Position numbers and translations under genes: made by a program. From a virus, in IMG/VR virus record IMGVR_UViG_3300034121_001409, positions 11,195 through 75,194 of that record: a DNA stretch of 64,000 bases. The stretch is one strand, 5' to 3'. This document shows, piece after piece, positions 51,092-59,204 of the stretch. The notes beneath the pieces are model-generated. The model saw only the letters and a program-made list of their open reading frames with translations. It did not search any database and was not told the origin of the DNA. Numbering within the stretch: the first letter of the stretch is position 1; each line of letters opens with the position of its first letter.

Positions 51092-51325
51092 ATGGCAGAA
51101 GACAACAATCTCGTACAAGGATTATATATCCGAGAGAAACAAACCAAGTACAGCCCAATCATGAACGTGGGTGTATCCAAACAGTTTATTGAATACTACA
51201 ATGAACACAAGGATGAAAACGGTAACCTCAACATTGACTTCAAGAAGATGAAAGAGGCAAAAGCAACCGGCATCACGCACTATGCCGAGAAGAATACATG
51301 GAAGAAGGAAGAAAATCCACTGTAA
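51092..51325 (+). CDS. Small hypothetical protein (possible ssDNA-binding family)
   Basis: Resembles 48511..48759. Confidence 0.55.
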   Translation: MAEDNNLVQGLYIREKQTKYSPIMNVGVSKQFIEYYNEHKDENGNLNIDFKKMKEAKATGITHYAEKNTWKKEENPL

Positions 51326-51371
51326 TCGTTATCTTTGACCCAACAGAGAGTGTTGGGCATTCTTAAAATGG

Positions 51372-51401
51372 GAAAGGCTGTCTATTAAACGACAGCCTTT
51401 C
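51372..51401. terminator. Probable bidirectional terminator hairpin
   Basis: GAAAGGCTGTC/GACAGCCTTTC 11-bp stem where two genes converge. Confidence 0.7.
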
Positions 51402-52029
51402 TTAATTTCCACTTTGCCGGATAAACTGTAGCTCCCTCCGGATGAGTCTTAAACTCTCTGCCACTAAAAACAAGGGGTTGTTCTGATTCAAGACCTCTAT
51501 CCTTGAAGAACCCAAGATACTCACCTGCTGCTGTAGGCTGACCTGTTCTCCATCGGTTAGTATAATTGCTGTATACGGCTCCAAACACAGCCGCTATTGA
51601 ATTTTTTGGTTTAAAAGTTCCTGTCTGAAGGGTAAGATATCCAAGCAGCTCCTGATAGGTTAAATCGTGCATCCCCAAACCACACGCAAATACCCCTGCC
51701 ATCAGTGGCGCAACCCCATCGAGCATATTATCTACAAACACAATATTCTTCCCAAGAAGGTACTGAGATTCTGCCGCCTCTAACCCCTGAAGGATAGCCT
51801 CCTTATTCACCCGATTAACATCTGTAGCATTCAGCACATTGAGGGCGCAATAATCCTGACGCATCGCAATATTGTACTCTGTATCTCCCCAAGCCGGACA
51901 GCAATTCTTATAGCCTACCGCCTCCTTATGGAACGGAACCTTAGCGCAATAAACCACAAATTTACCGGAACCCAGCACTCCAACATCTCTTGGTAGTGAT
52001 ACATAAATCTTATCTGCTATCTTTATCAT
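51385..52029 (-). CDS. Dual-specificity-phosphatase-like protein lacking the catalytic CX5R motif (start probably MIKIADK at 52029)
   Basis: IADKIYVS...CAKVPFHKEAVGY...LNVLNA...GKNIVFVDNMLDGVAP parallels a DSP family pattern; promoter box at 52033-52040. Confidence 0.5.
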   Translation of the reverse strand: MIKIADKIYVSLPRDVGVLGSGKFVVYCAKVPFHKEAVGYKNCCPAWGDTEYNIAMRQDYCALNVLNATDVNRVNKEAILQGLEAAESQYLLGKNIVFVDNMLDGVAPLMAGVFACGLGMHDLTYQELLGYLTLQTGTFKPKNSIAAVFGAVYSNYTNRWRTGQPTAAGEYLGFFKDRGLESEQPLVFSGREFKTHPEGATVYPAKWKLRKAVV

Positions 52030-52054
52030 ACACAAATATAGAAACTTCTGCCCC

Positions 52055-52125
52055 AAAAAAAACACCCGAACTGTAAAGCTCAGGTGTAAGACAAAAGTGA
52101 ACAAGTCAAAGGTATCGCAAATATA
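52055..52125 (-). ncRNA. Candidate stand-alone small RNA (~60 nt) with its own promoter and terminator
   Basis: TATATTTG at 52118-52125, no ATG-initiated ORF in the predicted transcript, 10-bp stem (two G-U pairs on the minus strand) followed by a U tract. Confidence 0.5.
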
Positions 52126-52153
52126 TGTCCGTTTTTTTTAACAAACAACACCC

Positions 52154-52669
52154 CTAATACTTTATCTTAACCCTCCCATGCATATCAATAACCATTCCGA
52201 ACTTCTGCACCTCTCTATCCATCACCTCCGGAAGATTCCTAAACATCTCTCTTAAATTCACCCCAATACTCCTCTCAGAGATATCCAACACCGCAGACAT
52301 ATAACAAGCCATAACTAATCTGCCTTCTGCACTGATAATATACCTGTCTCCAATCTCCGCAAATCCCTTCTTGTACACATGAGTATGAACCAGCAATCCT
52401 CTCCCCACCAAAGGCATCACAAATGACAACTTAAACTTGTCAGCCGGACTCCCTCCAATAAACGCCATGATATCATCACTCCCTATAACCCTGTCATACA
52501 CAAAGGCTCCCAACAGAACCTGTATACACCTCCAATTTAACCCCAATAAAGCTCCCAATGCCGTCATGGCAGCCAATGAAGTCATAGCATACATCCCTGT
52601 AGCTCTTTCCTTCCCTGCATCAAAAGGTATTCCCTGTACTTCAAACTCTGAATCTTCCATATTATCCAT
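52154..52669 (-). CDS. Hypothetical protein
   Basis: 171-aa ORF with a TAACTTTG promoter box at 52678-52685. Confidence 0.6.
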   Translation of the reverse strand: MDNMEDSEFEVQGIPFDAGKERATGMYAMTSLAAMTALGALLGLNWRCIQVLLGAFVYDRVIGSDDIMAFIGGSPADKFKLSFVMPLVGRGLLVHTHVYKKGFAEIGDRYIISAEGRLVMACYMSAVLDISERSIGVNLREMFRNLPEVMDREVQKFGMVIDMHGRVKIKY

Positions 52670-52689
52670 TTTTATGACAAAGTTAAATA

Positions 52690-53717
52690 AAACCTCGACA
52701 TTCTTTAATTCGGGTATAGTTTTTTTAATGATGAAAATAACCCTGATTCTACTAATTTATCCTTTATCTTAATGGTAAATTCGTAGAATCAGACCACAAA
52801 ACACCAAACTAATACCAAAATACCGGATTCTAATAACACAAGCTCCATATAAGCCAAATAAGCCACTTTCTCACCCCTCAAGGTGTAAACACCCCACTCT
52901 ATACCTGTTCTTAAACCTCAGCTATTCAAATGAAGCCCTGAGACCTATACATGAACTTCCGGATAATGTACAAAAACACATACCATGTACCACACCCACA
53001 CACAACCTTTATGGGTCGGTGTCGTAGGTAACCCCCGAAAAATCAGGGGGTGGGGGGTAAATGGGGAAACGGCTTTTTTCAATGGGGTGGGTATGTTCAC
53101 CTTAATATTTACAAATTAATGCATTCACACAGGCACAAAGTAGATAGCAGATTGTAGTTGATAAAGCATCCTGACAAAGTATTCTTGCAACAGTATTGCA
53201 AAATGCAACTCAATCACATTATGCAACTGAGTTGCGAGTAACCTCTCTCAAAAACTATATCATTTAGTTTGAGCTAACAGGTATTAATTAACAGGGAAAG
53301 TATATCTGTTGTATCCTGCCTTCACAGGCTGTGTTTTACGCTTCGCTTCTCTCTTGTTGTCTCTTGTGTATTGTCTATGGTATTTCCTGTATTATAAGGC
53401 AGAAGGAAAAATAGCTCATAGCCTGTAAATAAAGGCATCTCAGCCACTTTTAGACACATAACGTAAGACAGGCGCACTTTATCCTCTTCCTGTGCTTATT
53501 CCGTCTCTATAGCTACAGTATAACTATAAGGCAGAAGGAGACTAAACTCATCTACCTATAATTAGGTATTTTTAAAAAATGTTGTATTGATTATCAGTGT
53601 GTTGTAATATTTAACAAAATTATTTTCAGTAAGCATATACTACCTATTAGTTAATTATATAACTTTGCAATGTAATCAATCGGCAGTTAGCCATCACATT
53701 AACAAAATTAACATATT
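52690..53717. other. Large non-coding control region (candidate genome terminus / packaging site / divergent early promoter region)
   Basis: No credible ORF of 60 aa or more; transcription diverges here; contains a stem-loop, a G-tract cluster and direct repeats. Confidence 0.5.
53660..53667 (+). promoter_or_regulatory. -7 box (TAACTTTG) of the early-type gene cluster
   Basis: Exact TAnnTTTG 50 nt upstream of ATG 53718 in AT-rich DNA. Confidence 0.7.
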
Positions 53718-54008
53718 ATGAAAACTACCAAAATCAAATTTACTAAGAACGCTGAAGGTGACTATGTAAACAACATGAACAGCCTTCGCATATGGCATTC
53801 ATGCACTACAGCAGATTATGGCTTATCAAGGTGGTCTGTTACTAACGCTGAAGGCACAGTTAATTATCCTCTATCACCTGACGCTCCGCATTGGACACAG
53901 GGAAGTTTAGCTGACTGCAAGAAATTTGTTGCTGAGTATATCACATTGGAGAAGGCAGAGATGTTACAACTATTATTGACAGATAAATCAATTTCAATCA
54001 TTAAATAA
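53718..54008 (+). CDS. Hypothetical protein (early cluster)
   Basis: First ORF after the promoter. Confidence 0.65.
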   Translation: MKTTKIKFTKNAEGDYVNNMNSLRIWHSCTTADYGLSRWSVTNAEGTVNYPLSPDAPHWTQGSLADCKKFVAEYITLEKAEMLQLLLTDKSISIIK

Positions 54009-54019
54009 ATTTAACAAAC

Positions 54020-54622
54020 ATGAAAAAAGTACAATTAACACCGGAAGCAATTATGGAAATTGCAAAACAGAATCCTGAAGGCTTCACAGTAACTATGACA
54101 GGAAACAGTTACACTGTAGGTATCGCTGTGGCTACAAGTTTGACGCAGGAAGCCTTCGGGATGGAAGGTATCCAAAAAGTAATTGACGTTATAAACAACA
54201 GTGGAGATGCCTTCAATGCTATCGGAGGTTGGTATAACGCAGAAGACGGACAGTATTACTTTGACGCTGTGATAGTGTATGACTATGCGCATATGTTTGA
54301 AGCATACTACATGGCTATAGGTGAGAAGCAGAAGGCAATTTATGATATCGGGAAAGGTATTGAGATATCACTGAAATACCCTAAATCAGAGGCAGATGCA
54401 CAGCCTGAGACAGATGAGAAAAGTAAAGTTATAAATTCTGACGGCTTCTTATTCTTAGATGTTACAGAGAAAGCAAAAGAAGTTTTTCAGTCAGACTGTT
54501 TTCAATTGTATGAGATTTATGATGATGGAACAGAAGGGATGATTGACAGCCATGAGAGGCTTAATGAGACATTGGAAGGAGGAGGCACAGTAGCCATTGA
54601 GGTAGGATGGATACCTGCCTAA
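54020..54622 (+). CDS. Hypothetical protein (NPEGFT...GGWYN...YYFD...QKAIYD)
   Basis: Operon-like spacing; motif-rich N-terminal domain. Confidence 0.7.
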   Translation: MKKVQLTPEAIMEIAKQNPEGFTVTMTGNSYTVGIAVATSLTQEAFGMEGIQKVIDVINNSGDAFNAIGGWYNAEDGQYYFDAVIVYDYAHMFEAYYMAIGEKQKAIYDIGKGIEISLKYPKSEADAQPETDEKSKVINSDGFLFLDVTEKAKEVFQSDCFQLYEIYDDGTEGMIDSHERLNETLEGGGTVAIEVGWIPA

Positions 54623-54687
54623 AAACACTTTCCCTGTTCGCTTATGGCGTAGTATCAAACACAGGCAGGGAAGCTAAAAGTAACAAC

Positions 54688-54891
54688 ATGGAAAAAGGAA
54701 GTTTAAAGATTGAACTGATTGAAAGACAGTTAACGAAAGAGAGCTACATGATTTATATCAATGGTAGTTTCTGTTTCTCTTGCATAGATAGCAGAGGTAT
54801 AACCTTTATATCTGAGAAGGATGCATTCACTAAGGAGCAGACAGAAGAGATACAGAAAAAGTATAATGAAATTATTAACAAACAAAATTAA
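54688..54891 (+). CDS. Hypothetical protein (start probably MEKGS)
   Basis: A-rich leader before ATG 54688; the upstream extension is a stem-loop region. Confidence 0.55.
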   Translation: MEKGSLKIELIERQLTKESYMIYINGSFCFSCIDSRGITFISEKDAFTKEQTEEIQKKYNEIINKQN

Positions 54892-54902
54892 ATTTAATAC
54901 CT

Positions 54903-55622
54903 ATGGGAACTTCAAATTTTGCAAGAGGCAATGCCTCAAAAACCTTCGCTGTCCTGATGAATGAGGAAGTGAATTACAAGCAGTGTGACTTCTGTCTTCA
55001 CCGTCATCATGAGTATGACCATAACTTGGCAGAACTGACTACCTGTGAGAATGAATGTGAGAATCCAACATTCACTGAGGACACAGAATACAGACGTGCT
55101 GAGGATTGGGATAGAGATGATTTATTGTCTAACCTGAGAGAACAGGCAGAAGAAAAAGTAAAAGGCACAGCCTACAAATATGACGAAGAATCAGGCAGTG
55201 ATAATGACAGAAATTACTGTGCCTCTTATATCTTCTCCTTCAGAACTTCAAAAGTGTTTGGAGACATTGAAGTAGAAATTAGAGTGATGGCAAAACTTGT
55301 CGGAGCATACTACGAAGGAGCGAGTTTAGATTATGATACAGCTATCTATAACGGAAGTGAATGGTGCGATATTGAAGATGGTCATTATACAGTCACAGAG
55401 GAAGATATCCTTGACGATTTATTTGAGATAGGCTACTTTAGCTATACCTCAGAGATGAACAAAGGAATGCGCCTGATACAGTGTAAGAATGCAGAGAAGT
55501 GGGCAGTGGCAGAGGTATCCAAACTTCAGGTATTAACTGAGGAAGTATTCACTCAGGTATCCATGCCATTGAATGTAGTGGCAACATTTTCTAACGGAGA
55601 AACAATTTATTCAAAAGCATAA
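54903..55622 (+). CDS. Acidic hypothetical protein
   Basis: 239 aa; GAYYEGASLD and FSNGETIY motifs. Confidence 0.7.
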   Translation: MGTSNFARGNASKTFAVLMNEEVNYKQCDFCLHRHHEYDHNLAELTTCENECENPTFTEDTEYRRAEDWDRDDLLSNLREQAEEKVKGTAYKYDEESGSDNDRNYCASYIFSFRTSKVFGDIEVEIRVMAKLVGAYYEGASLDYDTAIYNGSEWCDIEDGHYTVTEEDILDDLFEIGYFSYTSEMNKGMRLIQCKNAEKWAVAEVSKLQVLTEEVFTQVSMPLNVVATFSNGETIYSKA

Positions 55623-55632
55623 AATTAATATC

Positions 55633-55818
55633 ATGAGCAATACAAAATTATCACCTAAGAAAGTAAACGGAAAATTCTGTTTAATCCAATTCGGAGAGAC
55701 AACAGTCAGAAGAAAATTAAAAGTTGTTGGAGCATTCGTAGAATGGAAATGGGGATGGGATTATCTTAAGAAAGTAACAACAAACGAGGCAGGGAAATTA
55801 ACACTAAAACACTGGTAA
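55633..55818 (+). CDS. Hypothetical protein
   Basis: Operon spacing. Confidence 0.55.
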   Translation: MSNTKLSPKKVNGKFCLIQFGETTVRRKLKVVGAFVEWKWGWDYLKKVTTNEAGKLTLKHW

Positions 55819-55840
55819 CAACTAAAATAAGAAAGTAATT

Positions 55841-56068
55841 ATGAAAGCAATTAAATTAACACTGATATTAGCCACGATATTTTACTGTGGTGTTATCACT
55901 CAACAACAGGAGAAAGAAGAAAGAATACAGGCAGTGTGTTCCTTTGTGAATGGGCATTCAGGATATGCCTCTGACGCAGAAATTTCTGACGCTGTGTACC
56001 TCGCTTCCCTGAAGTTTAATCTGACAGAAGGTGAGATAGAAAGTATTCTGAGAATGTACAATATTTAA
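55841..56068 (+). CDS. Hypothetical protein with N-terminal signal/TM segment
   Basis: MKAIKLTLILATIFYC N-terminus. Confidence 0.55.
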   Translation: MKAIKLTLILATIFYCGVITQQQEKEERIQAVCSFVNGHSGYASDAEISDAVYLASLKFNLTEGEIESILRMYNI

Positions 56069-56092
56069 TCACTAAACTTAAAAAATATTATT

Positions 56093-56614
56093 ATGGATGT
56101 AATGTTAAACTATTGGGTAGACGGCAAAAGATACGTAGCAGGTATTGAGAGTATTGGAAGAACTTATCCAATACAAAGGATGAGGCTCACCTACAATGTA
56201 GGCAAAGGAGAGCAGGTGCGCTACCTCTTGGTATTCTTCTCGGCAGAAGGAGAGCAATGCTACTACAGCAAAAAAGAGATATCTAAAACTGCTCAAGAAG
56301 TGCTGAATAAATGCTTCTCATTCTACAGATGGAAGAAGGTAGATAAGTTCAATGATATCTATCCGTTTCAGTTTGCTCCTGAACTAAAACATTGGCATGG
56401 AGGAATACCTAAAGTAAGTAAAGGAAAGAATGTATTCAACATTGACTACAGTGTGTTTGATGACGCAGAAGTATTGGCAGTGTGGTTAACTAAAGTAAAA
56501 ATCAAAGTGCTGAAGACAGGCAGAGAATGTATTATCAGTAAAAGAAATATCCTGCATTCGAATCCTTTGGAAGAAGGACACAGAATCAGAGCAGATAGAA
56601 ATTATTTTGAATAA
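56093..56614 (+). CDS. Hypothetical protein
   Basis: Operon spacing. Confidence 0.65.
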   Translation: MDVMLNYWVDGKRYVAGIESIGRTYPIQRMRLTYNVGKGEQVRYLLVFFSAEGEQCYYSKKEISKTAQEVLNKCFSFYRWKKVDKFNDIYPFQFAPELKHWHGGIPKVSKGKNVFNIDYSVFDDAEVLAVWLTKVKIKVLKTGRECIISKRNILHSNPLEEGHRIRADRNYFE

Positions 56615-56632
56615 CTTTTAAATTAAACAAAA

Positions 56633-56869
56633 ATGGATGTATCAATTTTAGTAGTAGCACAGGCAGGAAGAGAACGGAATGCCTCTCAGTTCGAGGCAGA
56701 TGAATTAGTATTCGAGGCAAGAACACAACTTAACAAAGTAGAAGTGGTAGTGGAAGCATGGAATCCGAAGCATAAGACATTCAGGATATACCTGAACGGA
56801 GAACGGCAGACAGCTATTGTAAACTTCACAAAAGCAATCGGAGAAGCAATACTCCTGCTGACAAAGTAA
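56633..56869 (+). CDS. Hypothetical protein
   Basis: Operon spacing. Confidence 0.6.
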   Translation: MDVSILVVAQAGRERNASQFEADELVFEARTQLNKVEVVVEAWNPKHKTFRIYLNGERQTAIVNFTKAIGEAILLLTK

Positions 56870-56911
56870 AAAAGTAAATTCAAATTTTTAATTCTTTAAA
56901 TAAAAACAAAC

Positions 56912-57835
56912 ATGAACAACACAACAACAACAGCTACGGCTACAGAAACAACAGTAAACGAAAAAGTATTCGAGTTACTGCAATCAACAGGCACAAATTG
57001 GACAGTATCCAAAGAGCCTCTTATCACTACAGGAGGTATTGAAACTGAATCCTTCGGGCTTATTCGCTCCGACAACAGCAAGTGGCTCGGTACAGTAGGA
57101 AAGCAGTATGTGGCTTTTCAGAATTTCGAATTGGCAGAAACTCTTGTAAAAGCGTCTGAGGATGTAGGTATTCTAATGCAGAAAGGAGGAACATTCGGAG
57201 GAGGTAAAAAAGTGTACTATCAGGCAGAATTACCTCAGCAGGTTATCGGTGCTTCATCAGTGAAGAGATACATCACAGGCACGAACAGCCATGATGGAAC
57301 ACAGTCAATCGGCTTCGGCTCTTCCAACACGAACATTGTCTGTCAGAATACCTACCACATGGCGTATAAAGAGATTAATCGCTTCCGTCATACTACAACA
57401 GCCTCTGACAGAATAACGGCTGCAATAGGCGATTTAAGAATGGCTATTGGCTTGGATGAGAAGTTAATGGAGAACTTCAAAAGAATGGCTGATACACCAA
57501 TTTCTCAGGGAATCTTCGGTAACCTGATGAAAAGAGTATTCGATGTGGATTTGGATATCAAAGAATCTGAACTGAAGACACAGAAAAAGAATAAACTTAT
57601 CTCACTGAACGAAGCAATCGAGCAGGATGTGGCTATTCATGGAGGAAACCTGTGGGCATTATTCAATGGTATCACTCGCTACACAAATCACTATGTGAAG
57701 CATAAAACAGAAGAAGACAAAACAAGTTACCTGATGAACGGAGCTGGATACGAAACAAATCTTGCTACCTTTGAAGAGATTATGGCATGGATTGATGAAC
57801 ACTCAGCAAAAGTGTTTGCTGTATCAAACAACTAA
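56912..57835 (+). CDS. DUF932 family phage/plasmid protein
   Basis: W.V.K.PL, RSD...LG.V...Y...QN, NSHDGT, IVCQNT, RHT and LWALFNGITRY motifs. Confidence 0.85.
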   Translation: MNNTTTTATATETTVNEKVFELLQSTGTNWTVSKEPLITTGGIETESFGLIRSDNSKWLGTVGKQYVAFQNFELAETLVKASEDVGILMQKGGTFGGGKKVYYQAELPQQVIGASSVKRYITGTNSHDGTQSIGFGSSNTNIVCQNTYHMAYKEINRFRHTTTASDRITAAIGDLRMAIGLDEKLMENFKRMADTPISQGIFGNLMKRVFDVDLDIKESELKTQKKNKLISLNEAIEQDVAIHGGNLWALFNGITRYTNHYVKHKTEEDKTSYLMNGAGYETNLATFEEIMAWIDEHSAKVFAVSNN

Positions 57836-57897
57836 AACAAAGTGGGGTGCGCATACCATAACGCACATATTTTTTAACCATTAAAAAAGGAGGTCAG

Positions 57898-58080
57898 ATG
57901 ATGTCTTTTAAAAAGCCCTCAAATTGGGGTATTCAATCAGGAAGCACTGTAGGCAAGTTAGCTACAGGTGCAGGTTTCAAACAAACTTCAGGTGTTATTT
58001 CTGACACCAAAACTAAGGAGTTTATCGCTCAACAGAATGCAAATCTGAAGAGAATGACTGAAATGAGACAGAAAGGTTAA
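57898..58080 (+). CDS. Hypothetical protein
   Basis: AGGAGG upstream; the stop codon is part of the hammerhead stem I. Confidence 0.55.
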   Translation: MMSFKKPSNWGIQSGSTVGKLATGAGFKQTSGVISDTKTKEFIAQQNANLKRMTEMRQKG

Positions 58081-58124
58081 CCGATGAAGTCTTAATGACA
58101 GAAACGCTGTGAAGCGTCTTAACC
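58075..58124 (+). ncRNA. Type I hammerhead ribozyme (variant core)
   Basis: GGUUAA-CCGAUGA-A-GUC(UUAAU)GAC-A-GAA-ACGCU(GUGA)AGCGU-C-UUAACC; predicted cleavage after C58118. Confidence 0.72.
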
Positions 58125-58136
58125 AAAATAAAAAAC

Positions 58137-58271
58137 ATGAGAAAGATAATATTTATTTTAGGCAGGGCTGTTGAGTATTCAGACTACAATAACGGCACAT
58201 ACTACTACGATGGTATGGAATTTATGATGGCTTATCAGGTACATGAGTACATCAAAAGTAAAATGGCATAA
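58137..58271 (+). CDS. Small hypothetical protein (44 aa, below track cut-off)
   Basis: MRKIIFILGRAVEYSDY...KSKMA; A-rich leader. Confidence 0.5.
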   Translation: MRKIIFILGRAVEYSDYNNGTYYYDGMEFMMAYQVHEYIKSKMA

Positions 58272-58297
58272 ATTATTAATCATTAAAAACATCAACC

Positions 58298-58459
58298 ATG
58301 AACAATAACAAATTATTTATAGTGGTGTTCCGTTCTACAGAAGGACAGTTCACTATCAATCAACATCTTAATATTATCATGGCAATGGATGATTATGAGA
58401 GATACAAACACATCAAAGGAGTAACATTATTACAGTACGATTTAATCTATATAGTATGA
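58298..58459 (+). CDS. Small hypothetical protein (53 aa, below track cut-off)
   Basis: MNNNKLFIVVFRS...; ATGA overlap with the gene at 58456. Confidence 0.55.
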   Translation: MNNNKLFIVVFRSTEGQFTINQHLNIIMAMDDYERYKHIKGVTLLQYDLIYIV

Positions 58460-58968
58460 AGCAAATAATAGAATATAACGAAGCAAAGATTATAGAATCC
58501 GGCAACAATACAGCAATAGAACTTCTGCCTGTCATCAAGAAAGCGATTGAAAGATTTAACACAGGCTCCTGCACTCTCACAGAGCAGATTATGGAGGATT
58601 ATGATTTATCTATGTTGGTATCCACTTTTGATTTACATATCAAATTTGTGCCTATAACGGCAGAATTAGCAGTGGTGTACAAGGATATAGCAAAAGGCTT
58701 CAGCCATATAGTTATACTACCAAGCACAGGTAAGGTTTATACCTTCAATGACGAGGCGAATTACACCGAGCAGAACATTTGTGAGTTAGTGTTCACTTCT
58801 GAATTAAGAAGTAAGTACATAAGAAACGGAGTATACATTCCTGTATGGATAAGAAGAGCATCAAAGGAGTACAAAAGAAGAATGAGGATATCAGGATACA
58901 GACCATTGCTTTATAAGCAGTCTCCGGTATGGCTTCAGAAAGAAATAGCAATATTATTAAACAACTAA
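58456..58968 (+). CDS. Hypothetical protein
   Basis: Operon spacing. Confidence 0.6.
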   Translation: MKQIIEYNEAKIIESGNNTAIELLPVIKKAIERFNTGSCTLTEQIMEDYDLSMLVSTFDLHIKFVPITAELAVVYKDIAKGFSHIVILPSTGKVYTFNDEANYTEQNICELVFTSELRSKYIRNGVYIPVWIRRASKEYKRRMRISGYRPLLYKQSPVWLQKEIAILLNN

Positions 58969-58980
58969 AAAACAAAAACA

Positions 58981-59199
58981 ATGGCAGTTAAACACATTCA
59001 AATCAGCAAATCAACAAAGGTATTCCATGCGAATTGTTCCTTAGTTGTAAAAGTGAATTACCGGACAGGTAAATTCAAAATCAAGAAATTGGAATCAGCA
59101 GACAATGCTACACCGGATGACATTAAAGAAGCGTACAATTTTGCGTCTCAGTATGCAACACAGGATTTAAGCGGAAGCATAACTTCTGCAACAGTATAA
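58981..59199 (+). CDS. Hypothetical protein
   Basis: Operon spacing. Confidence 0.6.
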   Translation: MAVKHIQISKSTKVFHANCSLVVKVNYRTGKFKIKKLESADNATPDDIKEAYNFASQYATQDLSGSITSATV

Positions 59200-59204
59200 A
59201 GAAC

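Noticed and set aside
52030-52104. N-terminal extension of ORF 51385..52104
   Set aside because: It overlaps a terminator and a promoter box; ATG 52029 is the better start.
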